A stretch of DNA of 64,000 nt. It comes from Candidatus Norongarragalinales archaeon. GTDB lineage: Archaea; Micrarchaeota; Micrarchaeia; Norongarragalinales; DASYRB01. The stretch lies in the NCBI GenBank assembly GCA_036004805.1, contig DASYRB010000014.1, forward strand, positions 21,330-85,329. The letters are read 5' to 3'. The notes beneath the pieces were generated by a model. The model saw only the letters and a program-made list of their open reading frames with translations. It had not been told where the DNA came from and searched no databases. How positions within the stretch are numbered: the first letter of the stretch is position 1; each line of letters begins with the position of its first letter. The position numbers and the translations under genes are program-made. This document shows, piece by piece, positions 43,941 through 53,500 of the stretch.

Positions 43941-46375
43941 GGTGATAGTTCGAAACCGAATCCGCCGGTAGCGTTTCTTCGCGTTCGCGCTGCGCTTTCG
44001 GCTTGGTTCATGAGTGATCGGACTTTGTCGATTGCGTCAATGTTTACTGATATGCTGTCGATGCCGCTGTCTACGAGAAAGTCCGTGTACTCGTCGTGAA
44101 TGCTGGGCGCTTGTCCGCAAATGCTCACTTTCACGCCGTACTGGTGGCACGTCTTGATCACGTGGCGTATTGAACGAAGCACGGCGGGGTTGCGTTCGTC
44201 GAACTCTTCGGCGACTATCGCGCTGTCGCGGTCGATGCCGAGCGTGAGTTGTGTTAAGTCATTCGAGCCGATGCTCATGAAGTCTATGCCTTCGGCGCAA
44301 AAACCGTCGGCAAATATGACGTTGGAGGGCATTTCGCACATGATTCCGAACTCGAAACCATCCTCTCCTCGGCGCAGGCCGGAGTTTTCGACGATCTGCT
44401 TGACTTCGCGCAGCTCCTTGACAGTTCGGACGAATGGAATCATGAGTTGCAAGTTTTTGTATTCTTTGCGTACGCGTTTCATGGCTTCGAGCTCCATTTC
44501 GAACACCGTCCGGTCTTTGATGTAGCGGAAGCAGCCGCGGTAGCCGATCATCGGGTTTTCTTCTTCCGGCTCGAATTGTTCCCCGCCCTTGAGGTGTCGG
44601 TATTCGTTGCTCTTGAAATCGTTCGCTCTGTAATACACGGGTCGTGGGTGGAAGGCTTTCGCGAGCGCTTTCATTCCTTCCTCAACGAGTTTTACGAATT
44701 CTGCACGCTTGCCCTGTTTGACGGCCGCGTTGGGGTGCATTCCGAGTCCGGCGATGAGGAATTCCGCGCGGAACAATCCCACTCCATCAACCGCTTTGCT
44801 TGCGACGCGTTGTGCCTCGTCCGGCTGTGCCAGGTTGACGTAGAGCTTGGTTTTGCCTTGCATCGCGTGAGGCGTTACCGACGAAAAAGGCGTGATGAAC
44901 GATTCCGGCTTTGGTGGCTTTACCGCGCTCCATCCTTCCTCTTCAGTGGGCGTAGGCGTTGGAGCGTACGATGGTTGTTGGAACGTTTTCGCGGTTGTTT
45001 GTTGTTGTGGCGCGGGTTTGGGTGCTTTTGCGGCGTCATAAACTTCTCCCTTGACCGCGTCGACGAAAACTTGCTGTCCTTCGTGGAGAACCATTGTCGC
45101 GTCGCGCGTGCCGACGACCGCAGGAATTCCCAGCTCGCGGGAAACGATGGCTGCGTGTGCAGTGATGCCGCCGGCGTCCGTGATGATGGCTGCGGCGCGT
45201 TTCATGGCGGGCACGTAGTCGGGGCTGGTCATTTTTGCGACGAGGATGTCGCCTTTTTTGACTTTGTCGATGTCTCTAGGGTCGAGCACTATGCGTACGG
45301 GTCCGGTCGCGCTTCCTGGTGACGCGGCGAGTCCTTTGACGAGTGGCGCGGTGGTTTGTTGTTGCGGCTGGACGCGTTGTTTGTACAACTGTGCTTTCAG
45401 AGTGGTGATGCCGCGGCTTTGGACGATGAATACTTCGTTGTCTTGGATGGCCCACTCGATGTCTTGTGGCGCGCCGTAGTGTTGTTCGATCTCTGTGCCG
45501 TAACGCGCGAGCTTCAGGATCTGGTCGTCAGTGATTTTTTGACGCGTTTGCAGCTCTTCAGGCACGTTGACCGTTTCCGTGCCGCCGCTTTTGGCGTAAA
45601 CGATCATTTCGGTTTGCTTGGCGATGTCTTTGTCAACGATGCGCATGGCGTACTTGTCGACGTGGTATCTGTCTGGAGTAACCATTCCGCTCACTACCGC
45701 TTCTCCCAGGCCGAGTCCCGCTTCAATCACTAGTTCGTCTGGGTTTTGCGCTACCGGGTCGATCGTGAACATTACGCCGCTCTGGTCGCTCTCTACCATT
45801 AATTGTACGGCGGCCGCGAGTCCTACTTTCAGGTCGTCGAATCCTTCGGTTTTTCTGTAGTAGATGGCGCGTGCTTCGAACAAGCTCGCCCAGCATTTCT
45901 TCACGGCGCGCACGACTTCGTCAGGTCCCTTGATGTTCAAGAAAGAAGCTTGCTGTCCCGCGAACGATGCAGTGGGTAGGTCTTCCGCGGTCGCGCTGCT
46001 GCGAACGGCGACGCGTGCTTCCTTGCCCATCGTGGGAATGAGGTCGACGCCGCTGATCTTGTTGTAAGCACGCACGACGTCGGCATGAATGTCTTGCGGC
46101 ACGTCGCTCTCGATGATCGCGCGCTTTATCGCCTCACTGGCTTGTTGCAGCGAGCGCGTGTCTTCAACATTCAGGCTGCTCGTTTGACGCTTGATGACTT
46201 CGTCAATGCCTTTCCCGCGGATGAAGTCGAAGTAGGCCTCGCTGCTGACGACGAATCCCGCTGGTATTGGGAGGCCGGGTATTTGGAACATTTCGCCCAG
46301 GTTGGCCGCTTTGCCGCCCGCTACGCGTATGCTGTCTTTGGTTATTTCGTTGAACCAGTAAATGTTCTTCGTCAC
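43937..46375 (-). CDS. ppsA: Phosphoenolpyruvate synthase (pyruvate, water dikinase)
   Basis: 812 aa. It has the N-terminal ATP-grasp domain (VAGGKAANLGEM), the phospho-His swivel domain (TDAGGITAHAAIVSRELGIPAVVG) and the C-terminal PEP-utilising TIM barrel (IGSNDLTQ). A Pro/Thr/Gln-rich linker is inserted before the C-terminal domain. Confidence 0.9.
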   Translation of the reverse strand: MTKNIYWFNEITKDSIRVAGGKAANLGEMFQIPGLPIPAGFVVSSEAYFDFIRGKGIDEVIKRQTSSLNVEDTRSLQQASEAIKRAIIESDVPQDIHADVVRAYNKISGVDLIPTMGKEARVAVRSSATAEDLPTASFAGQQASFLNIKGPDEVVRAVKKCWASLFEARAIYYRKTEGFDDLKVGLAAAVQLMVESDQSGVMFTIDPVAQNPDELVIEAGLGLGEAVVSGMVTPDRYHVDKYAMRIVDKDIAKQTEMIVYAKSGGTETVNVPEELQTRQKITDDQILKLARYGTEIEQHYGAPQDIEWAIQDNEVFIVQSRGITTLKAQLYKQRVQPQQQTTAPLVKGLAASPGSATGPVRIVLDPRDIDKVKKGDILVAKMTSPDYVPAMKRAAAIITDAGGITAHAAIVSRELGIPAVVGTRDATMVLHEGQQVFVDAVKGEVYDAAKAPKPAPQQQTTAKTFQQPSYAPTPTPTEEEGWSAVKPPKPESFITPFSSVTPHAMQGKTKLYVNLAQPDEAQRVASKAVDGVGLFRAEFLIAGLGMHPNAAVKQGKRAEFVKLVEEGMKALAKAFHPRPVYYRANDFKSNEYRHLKGGEQFEPEEENPMIGYRGCFRYIKDRTVFEMELEAMKRVRKEYKNLQLMIPFVRTVKELREVKQIVENSGLRRGEDGFEFGIMCEMPSNVIFADGFCAEGIDFMSIGSNDLTQLTLGIDRDSAIVAEEFDERNPAVLRSIRHVIKTCHQYGVKVSICGQAPSIHDEYTDFLVDSGIDSISVNIDAIDKVRSLMNQAESAARTRRNATGGFGFELSP

Positions 46376-46410
46376 GATTCACAAGTAGCGAGCGGGAGTT
46401 TTTAAGGGCT

Positions 46411-46869
46411 TTATTTCTTTTTCTTCTTGGCCTTATCGTCGTGGCCTTCTGCGATTTTTTCGACTTTTTTCTCTATTTTTTCCAGTGCCTTGACGACGTC
46501 TTTCGTGGTTTTTTCTCCCTTCTTTGGCGCTTCAGGCGGGTTGAGGAACTCGGTCTTTTCTCTTTTACGGTGCTTCTTGAGCGCTTCCTGGTATTCTTCG
46601 CTCGAAGTGAACCAGTCGGTCGCCACGGTACCCATGAGTCCTGAAATTATCGCCCAACCGGGATTCGCGGGCGGCATTGGCGGCGGACCTTGAGGCTGTG
46701 CGGCCGCTGCGGTTTTTTCTTGCTTTGCGGGCGCGGTTTTGGGAGAGGCGACGTCCGCGATCGCGAAAATGAATGCTAGAAGAATGAAGGCGAATGCGAG
46801 CCAGCCCACGCCGATGAAGAGAGAAATCGCCGCTAGGACGAAGAGTGAAGCATAGGTCGCGAGGCTCAA
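46411..46869 (-). CDS. Small membrane protein (2 N-terminal TM, Pro-rich linker, Lys/Glu-rich tail)
   Basis: 152 aa. The features are LFVLAAISLFIGVGWLAFAFILLAFIFAI, then QPQGPPPMPPANPG, then a charged helical tail. It starts 7 nt after the upstream ORF. Confidence 0.6.
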   Translation of the reverse strand: MSLATYASLFVLAAISLFIGVGWLAFAFILLAFIFAIADVASPKTAPAKQEKTAAAAQPQGPPPMPPANPGWAIISGLMGTVATDWFTSSEEYQEALKKHRKREKTEFLNPPEAPKKGEKTTKDVVKALEKIEKKVEKIAEGHDDKAKKKKK

Positions 46870-46876
46870 AGATTTT

Positions 46877-47212
46877 TCAGTCCTCTTTCTTCTTATCCGC
46901 GCCGCGAGTGATTCCCCAAGCGAGCTTCACGAACGCGTTGAGAATGCCGCCAATGTTCTTCGCAAAAGCTACAGGGCCCGGGTCGCCGCCTCCGAAGTCA
47001 GGCTTGAACTTGATCTCGGTCGGATAGGGCGGATAAGGAGGATATGCGTACTGCGGACCGCCACCGCCAGACTTCGCGGGCGCGCTCTGGCTCTCAACAA
47101 GCAGCCACAATATCGCCGCAACTACTGCGAGGCTGCCGAGGAAAACGGCGCCGCTGTTGTAGAGAAAATAGCCCGCGACGACGAGCACTAAAATTGCCAA
47201 ATAATTGACCAT
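46877..47212 (-). CDS. Small membrane protein (2 TM plus a Gly/Pro/Tyr-rich segment)
   Basis: 111 aa. Two hydrophobic helices are followed by GGGGPQYAYPPYPPYP. It starts 10 nt after the upstream ORF. Confidence 0.6.
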   Translation of the reverse strand: MVNYLAILVLVVAGYFLYNSGAVFLGSLAVVAAILWLLVESQSAPAKSGGGGPQYAYPPYPPYPTEIKFKPDFGGGDPGPVAFAKNIGGILNAFVKLAWGITRGADKKKED

Positions 47213-47222
47213 GTTTTTGTTC

Positions 47223-47513
47223 TCAGTATTGTCCAGGCATGTAGCCTTGAGGAGTCATTCCGCCGTCTCCCGAATCCATCTTGGTCGCGACGGCTAAAAT
47301 AATGAACAGTCCCACCAGCACGAACCACGTCGGCACCTCGCCTCCGAAGAAAACGAGTGAAGCGATCGCGATGCCGAGCAGCGTGGCGCCCGTGAGTATC
47401 TTGTTTTTCGAAATGAACAAAAGCAAAATGATGAGTCCGGCAGCGACGGCGTAAATCTTGGTTTGGAGTGCGAGGAGCACGAGGACGGCGAGGAACAGGA
47501 ACGTGAAGTCCAT
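47223..47513 (-). CDS. Small polytopic membrane protein
   Basis: 96 aa with three hydrophobic helices and a GDGGMTPQGYMPGQY tail. The gap to the upstream ORF is 7 nt. Confidence 0.6.
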   Translation of the reverse strand: MDFTFLFLAVLVLLALQTKIYAVAAGLIILLLFISKNKILTGATLLGIAIASLVFFGGEVPTWFVLVGLFIILAVATKMDSGDGGMTPQGYMPGQY

Positions 47514-47520
47514 TTTTTGT

Positions 47521-47763
47521 TTAGTCCTTTGGTCCTTTCCAGAACTGTTCTGGTTTTGCTTCCGACAACGCAGGCGTCATGAAGATGATGATGAAAAGCA
47601 GGTACTTGAACCAGTCATAAGGCACGACCAGAATCAGCGTAATGAGTATCGTGATGACGAACGCAACCGAGGGCGTGAGCCAGTCTCCCTTCGTGAACGT
47701 CTTGTAAAGACCAATGAATACCAGTATGAGAACGACGAGTCCTAGGTCTTCCGCGAAAGCCAT
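47521..47763 (-). CDS. Small polytopic membrane protein
   Basis: 80 aa with three hydrophobic segments, co-directional in a tight array. Confidence 0.55.
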   Translation of the reverse strand: MAFAEDLGLVVLILVFIGLYKTFTKGDWLTPSVAFVITILITLILVVPYDWFKYLLFIIIFMTPALSEAKPEQFWKGPKD

Positions 47764-47818
47764 TGCACTAGTATTTTGGCTTTCGGGCTTTAAAAAACGC
47801 TGAAAAAAGTCGTTGCAA

Positions 47819-48214
47819 CTAGTGCTTTCGGGCTTTCCCGTGTGGCGGTCTCGTGGGTGGTCCCAGTTGTTCTGTGGTGCCTTTTTCGAGGTGTTTCAAC
47901 GTCTTCCAGATGCCGAGAATGAATTCTCCCTCGAACAACAAGCCGGCGGCGAGGATTCCGAAGAACATTCCCGCAATGAACCAGTTGAACAGCTTCTCAT
48001 AGAGCAGATAGGCGTTTTGTCCGATGAGTATCTGGATGGGTGTGCCGTCGTGGCTGTAAGCACTTTGCAAGTGGTAATACACAAGGAGTATTCCTGTCGC
48101 GACGACTGCCGAGACGAAGAGGCGGAACTTGCCACTGAACCACGCCTGTCTTTGTCTGTTGGCGACGTAGTAGTATTCGGCGAGTTTTCTTATTTTGGAA
48201 ACCATTTTTTTCAA
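47819..48214 (-). CDS. Small membrane protein (2 TM)
   Basis: 131 aa with a basic N-terminus, the TM helices FRLFVSAVVATGILLVYY and FIAGMFFGILAAGLLF, and a basic tail. Confidence 0.6.
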   Translation of the reverse strand: MKKMVSKIRKLAEYYYVANRQRQAWFSGKFRLFVSAVVATGILLVYYHLQSAYSHDGTPIQILIGQNAYLLYEKLFNWFIAGMFFGILAAGLLFEGEFILGIWKTLKHLEKGTTEQLGPPTRPPHGKARKH

Positions 48215-48226
48215 AAATCTTTTTTT

Positions 48227-48526
48227 TTACTGCGGCTTTTTGGGTGTTAGTAATCGGAAGAATGGGAACGTCAATGGTATTACGTAGATCAGGCTCGTGG
48301 AAATAATAATCCAACCCAGGATGCCTATCGTCCCGATGATCGGGTGCTCAATCACAAGATAGTAAATCAAAAGGCCGCCGACGATGAGCGCGATGGTCGG
48401 TGAAAAGGGCAGGTGGTCTCTCGCCCAGCGGTAGAGATAGAAGGCAAGAATCGCGAGCCAGACCCACCACGCATACGTGAAAATATTCACTATGTCATCG
48501 ATTATTGAGAACAGCGGAAGAATCAT
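48227..48526 (-). CDS. Small polytopic membrane protein
   Basis: 99 aa, with three to four hydrophobic helices rich in Trp/Tyr/Ile. It has a 4-nt overlap with the upstream ORF. Confidence 0.6.
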   Translation of the reverse strand: MILPLFSIIDDIVNIFTYAWWVWLAILAFYLYRWARDHLPFSPTIALIVGGLLIYYLVIEHPIIGTIGILGWIIISTSLIYVIPLTFPFFRLLTPKKPQ

Positions 48527-49023
48527 TGCGCGCGCCTCTGCAACAGACGGTTTTGTGCTTGTTCGAATTGTTGTTGCTTCTTGTAATGCTGCAATAATAG
48601 GTTCTGGTCGTCGTTCGAGATTTCTTGCCCCTCTTGCATCTTGGTCTCTATTTGTTGAATTTTCGTCATCACTCCGCCCTCCTCACCGCCGCCGCCCCAT
48701 TCTTGAGGCATGTTGAATCCGAGCCCGCGCATTAGCGGCGCGAAGCCGAAGAACACTGTTTGTTGCAGCATGTTTCCGAAGTTCGTGAACATGACGAGGA
48801 AAAGCGTCGCGACGAACGTCATGAGTATCGAGTGGAAGAAGATCAAGTACGCGGCTCCGATCGACACCGCGGCGAAGATGAACGGCTGATCGTTCAGCCA
48901 AACGTAGAGTTGGAAGAGGATGAAAACGAATACGAGTATTTTGAACACGAACGACAAGTCCTGCACGGTGGACAAAATATCGCCCAGTTGCAGCAATGGC
49001 AGGAATGGCAGTAGACTCAGCAT
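48523..49023 (-). CDS. Polytopic membrane protein with a Gln-rich coiled-coil tail
   Basis: The internal start MLSLLPFLPLL at 49023 is chosen because the Arg-rich extension of the track ORF overlaps the upstream gene. It has four hydrophobic helices, then WGGGGEEGG and a Q-rich helix. Confidence 0.6.
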   Translation of the reverse strand: MLSLLPFLPLLQLGDILSTVQDLSFVFKILVFVFILFQLYVWLNDQPFIFAAVSIGAAYLIFFHSILMTFVATLFLVMFTNFGNMLQQTVFFGFAPLMRGLGFNMPQEWGGGGEEGGVMTKIQQIETKMQEGQEISNDDQNLLLQHYKKQQQFEQAQNRLLQRRAQ

Positions 49024-49067
49024 GCGCTTCAGAGAAGCTACCGTCGGGCGGTTTTTAAAACGCGTCT

Positions 49068-49541
49068 TCAAACAAGGCCCACGGCGGGAAGAAGCAGCAT
49101 CTTCACTAAGAACACGACGATGAACAACACGAACGCGGCGAGGAAGTAATTGCGCGCATCGGTCCATCCCTCGAGCAGTGAACGCTTTTCCGTATAGTCA
49201 TCAATGATGGCCTGACCGAGGAGAGTAGCGGCAAACACCGCGATCACTTGCGGCAGCAGGAAGGCGAAGTCGAAAGCACTCATCAAGTGTTGCGTGAATA
49301 ATCCCGCATACTTCGCGCCCTCGATTCCGAGCGCTATCGGGGCGCTTAGGCCAAAGAAGAGCAGTGAAAAAATGAACGTAAATAGGAACGCGTTCAGCTC
49401 GCTCAACAAGTCGCCTCCGGACGCGTAGCTGTATGGCGGCGTGAAAACGATGGGCGTCGCGCCAGTCGTGGTGTTGTTTATGTAGACCGCGGCGAATACG
49501 GTGGCGAAAACGATGAGGCTGAAGAGAGTTATCGTGTTCAT
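49068..49541 (-). CDS. Polytopic membrane protein
   Basis: The internal start MNTITLFSLIVFATVF at 49541 is chosen because the track's upstream extension is basic and overlaps the DUF424 gene. It has about five hydrophobic helices. Confidence 0.6.
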   Translation of the reverse strand: MNTITLFSLIVFATVFAAVYINNTTTGATPIVFTPPYSYASGGDLLSELNAFLFTFIFSLLFFGLSAPIALGIEGAKYAGLFTQHLMSAFDFAFLLPQVIAVFAATLLGQAIIDDYTEKRSLLEGWTDARNYFLAAFVLFIVVFLVKMLLLPAVGLV

Positions 49542-49569
49542 CAGAAAAACGAAGAAGCGTCGAGTCGCT

Positions 49570-49884
49570 TTAAACCTTGTAGATTTGCAGGTGCGGCACG
49601 CCCGCGATGGTTCGCGCGTTTTTCGACGCGCCTTTCTGCACTTCATCCGCGGCCTTTACCGAAGCCTTGCCGACGATGTTCGCATTGGTCGCGTTGCGCA
49701 ATAACTCTACGGCTTGCGCGTGCGAGACTTCTTCTCCATCATAGAAGGAACGGTAGAGTTTCAGGTCGAGCACTTTTTCGCCTTGCTCGAAAACTTTGCC
49801 CAAGAGGTTCTCGTCGCACATCGCGAGTACCTCGTGCACGCCGCCTTGCGGAGTTCTTCGCTCGTGAATTTTGGCCTTGATCAT
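49570..49884 (-). CDS. DUF424-family archaeal protein
   Basis: 104 aa. The pattern KIHERRTPQGGVHEVLAMCDENLLGKV...FYDGEEVS..QAVELL..ATNANIVG...V......GVPHLQIY matches my recollection of the archaea-specific DUF424 pattern. Confidence 0.7.
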   Translation of the reverse strand: MIKAKIHERRTPQGGVHEVLAMCDENLLGKVFEQGEKVLDLKLYRSFYDGEEVSHAQAVELLRNATNANIVGKASVKAADEVQKGASKNARTIAGVPHLQIYKV

Positions 49885-49891
49885 TTGTTTT

Positions 49892-50500
49892 CTAGCACGT
49901 GAATGAGTTCATCATGAAGTCGATGACGGTCTGGTCTTGTTCGAGTTCTTGCGGCACTTGCGCGTTCATGATCACAGCGTTGTCGCTGCATTGCACTGCC
50001 GCGATCTTTTGCTTTACAGTGTAACCATCCGCGTCCTTTTCAGTGACGTCGAACACCCACGCGTCGCGGTTGTTGATCTTCGTCTTGCGCCTCGAGTCAA
50101 GCGAGTAGGAGAGCTTGGTGTCGGGGTCTTGGTATGGATAAGTGCCGGCGTCCTGTTCGAACTTGGCGTCGCTGTATCCTTCCTTCAGTACCTGAACCGT
50201 GAAGGTTTCGGGCAGCCCGTCGGGATTGAAAGCGGTGAACGCTAGTCGCGTTACGGGATCGGGATCGACGAGCGCGGCATAGCCGATCGGGTATTTTATT
50301 GAAAAATTGTGTTGCGGGTCATTGTATTGCAGCAACTTGTCGCCGTGCTGGCTCGCGAACTGCACGCTCGCGTTCTCGGGCGCGGCGGCCAAGGTTACGG
50401 GCGAGATTTTCGCGCCGAGCGCTTGGTCGCCTCCGAGGAGGAAGAACCACGCTAGGAAAATGATGGCGATGGCGAGTAGTGATTGTTGCAGGATGTTCAT
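49892..50500 (-). CDS. N-terminally anchored extracytoplasmic protein (PsbP/DcrB-like fold suspected)
   Basis: 202 aa with the TM LLAIAIIFLAWFFLL. FSIKYPIGY... begins a beta-rich domain reminiscent of PsbP/Mog1-like folds. Its start overlaps the giant-gene stop by 4 nt. Confidence 0.6.
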   Translation of the reverse strand: MNILQQSLLAIAIIFLAWFFLLGGDQALGAKISPVTLAAAPENASVQFASQHGDKLLQYNDPQHNFSIKYPIGYAALVDPDPVTRLAFTAFNPDGLPETFTVQVLKEGYSDAKFEQDAGTYPYQDPDTKLSYSLDSRRKTKINNRDAWVFDVTEKDADGYTVKQKIAAVQCSDNAVIMNAQVPQELEQDQTVIDFMMNSFTC

Positions 50501-53500
50501 GGCTTGATCACGATTTTCTGTATCGGTCTTGCAGCGTCGACCGCGGGCGCGGCGCTGGCGGTTTGCGCGTTAATCGTTACTGGTGGAGCGTCGGGTTGGA
50601 ACACTGAACTGTAGAGCACGATGGGGTCTTTGATCTTGTCGCTCGACGTCGCGATGAGCAAGTATCCTTGCGGGTCTTGGCTCGTGCGCTGCAGCGCGAT
50701 GCATGCAGAGTCTTGCGGGCACAAGTCTTTGGCGCTGGTGCAGTCGTTGCCGATGCAGATTTGTTGCGTCGACGGCAAGTCGCTCGATGGCGTAAAGGTT
50801 ACGAGGTGGTTTTGCGTGGTGGCTTGCAGGTTTGTTTGTACAGGTTTGAGGTTACACGTGGTGAGCGCGATAGCTGCGAGGCTCGCCGCGACTCCCGATG
50901 CTCTCAAGAAGTTGCCGCTCAGTGACGGCGTCAATAGTTTCGTTCTCTTGAAAGTTCTGGAGTCCTTGAGTTGTTTCTCTACGGCGCTGGCTGCGGTTTT
51001 GGTTTTCGCTAGCTGCGCGTTTGGTACGCCGGCTCTCTCGAGAAGCGCGTTGTCGACCGGCTGGTTGTTTCTCACCGCGTCGATTATTCCGTCAGCGGCC
51101 CTCTCGGCCGTCGTTAGCGATAGTCCGGAGCCGACGAGTTGGTTGATTGCGCGCGTGCGAGGACCGAACAGAAGTCTTGCCGATTGTGGCACGATCGTTC
51201 CGATCTGCGTGCCGACGGTGGTTGGTTCTTCGCCTTTGAATGCCTGGTATCCGGAAGCGCCTGCGCCGAAAATGAATTCCATCGCCGTCTGCCTCGAAGC
51301 GAACGATGCGCCGAGCGCGCTCATTGTTGGCTTGAACGCGAGTCTTTGTGATTCTGTGATGGCGGCGACTGCTCCGGCGCGCGTGCCGAAGGAAGCGCCT
51401 GGGAATAGCAGGCTGGATTGTGCGGCGATGGCTTGCAGCGCACAGTCGCACATTATTTCGCAAGTGTCCGTAGTGCCAGTGACTGCCTTGACGCTCGTGA
51501 TGGCTGCGCACGCGGTTACTGATTGTACGAAGGCGCTCGCGGCTTGAACAGTGCCGACTCCACTGAACAACAAAGCGACGTCTCCCGCAAGCACGCTTGC
51601 GGCGGTTCCGAGCACGGCTTTGCCGTTGAGCGCGCAGAAACCGGCATCGCTGTAGTAAGTGCTTTCTTGGAATTCGTCGGCGCTCGGCGCCGTTCCATAG
51701 AGAGCGCGTGATAGTGCGATGGCGTTGCTTTCATCGAGCTTGCTGCGTTGCGGCGCGTAGTTTCCGATGTGCACGCCGTCAGTGATCGCGCGTTTGCGCG
51801 TGACGATGTCCTTGAAGTCACTCGCGAAGCTGGCGAGCTGATTGCCCGTGAGTCCTTCTACGGCTTCTTGCGTGAGCAGTGCAGCGTTGGCAATGTTTTC
51901 CGGCACGGCTTGCGCGTCGGGGAGCTGCGAGACTTCGATCTCGATGCTTGCCTGTCTCTTCCATTCTTCCGCGGTCGCGGGCTGTCTGCCGCACAGGAGG
52001 TTGAGTTGTGCAGTGATCGTATAGATTCCTGCGCGCGACATTAGCGCTTCGCTGCCCGTGACGTGCGCGTTAATGCCGCTACTGGAGAGCGTTTGTTGTG
52101 CTTTGCTGGCGAGGAATTCTGCGGTTTGCTTCGAGGCAACTTTTTGGATTATGATTGCTTTTCGAACCGGTCCTGAGGCGGTCGCGTCGCACAGCGCGTT
52201 GATTGATGATGGATAACTCGTTGCGGCGTTGTTGACTATCGTGCGTAGTCCTTGCAGGAAGCTCGTGTATGCTTCGGTGACTTGTTCGTAGTTGCAGTAG
52301 TGTTTTTCGCATCGCACGAATGCGTCTTGCGGAATCGACGCGTTTCCATAAGTGACGAGTGTTGCGGTGTCTCCCCAAGGTGACGCTGTGTAGAGGGCTT
52401 TGGCTTGTTGTGAGGGCGCGAACACTGTTACCGCAATGATTTGCTTCACGTTTTCGTTCGTGCGCGCGCCTGTCGCGGTGATTTCAAGCGTGTCACTGGA
52501 ACTGCCGCCAGTAGAGGAGCTGCTGGTGCATTTCACGATGCGTGCCTCGCCGCTTTGTAGAGTTTCGGGGATGTCGCATGATGCGAGTTGCGTGTTGTGC
52601 GTTATTTGCAGCTTGACGTTTTCGGGTCGGTTGTTGATGAGCGCGATGGGTCGCGAGTGTCCGGCGTCTTTGAATGATAGCTGCATTGCTTTGCCGGTAC
52701 GTTCGCTCGTTTTGTCGTTGGCGTAGTTGATGGAGAAGTCGTTGAGCGACGCGCCTGCGGTCGATTGTTGCTTCCAAGGACACGCGGCGTCGTTTTTCTT
52801 GATGTGTACGGTCGCGTTGATGCTCTTGGCGCGGGTGGTGCGTCCGTCGCTGGCCTTGATGAACGCTTGGCCATTCAGGTCTTCGTCACGCGCGACGCAT
52901 CCGAACGCGTCCTTGCTGCTCGCGGGCAGTTGTGCTTCGATCTGGAACTCATAACAAGGCTTTTCGGGTCTGGCCGCGATCTCGAACGTCGCGTAAGTTT
53001 CTTTCAAGAAACGCATCTTGCCAACGGGCAGTGCGTCAAAGAGCGCAGCGTCCACTGGTCCCGGCGTTATTTTGAGCGAGCGCGTCGCGTTGTTGTATAT
53101 GCAAACCGTCTTCGTGTCCGTCTTGTGGTCGTCGCTGATTGAAAAGTCGAGCTTGGAAGGATCGATGTTGAACAAGTCGCCCTCGCTTGCCGAGAGCAGT
53201 GAGCGTGTTTCGAGCGGATTGCAAGGCAATATCGATAATGGCGCGTCGCTCGGCACGCGTACTTCTAGGCCGTTCGCGGTGCTGCCTTGTGGGAAGTAAA
53301 CGCGCTGCGCGCTCGGTAGCTCCGTGAGGAATGTGGTAGCGACGAATACTTTCTGGCATGCTGGCAGTTCCGCGATGTTTCCGTCGAGAATCGTGCCCTG
53401 CGGCAATGTGACGCTGGCGCCGCCTGGGAACGCGAAAGTTAACAGAAGGCTGGAGTCACTCAACTCGCCGCATGCTTCTACTGTGATTTGTGCGCGTGCT

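Noticed and set aside
44100-46405. Plus-strand ORFs antisense to ppsA, for example 44447-45322 (291 aa)
   Set aside because: The ppsA frame carries all diagnostic PEP-synthase motifs. The antisense frames are typical high-GC shadows.
48523-49646. The long basic N-terminal extensions of track ORFs 48523-49167 and 49068-49646
   Set aside because: The extensions are Arg/Lys-rich, non-hydrophobic, and overlap the upstream genes. Internal ATGs at 49023 and 49541 give compact membrane proteins with short intergenic gaps.
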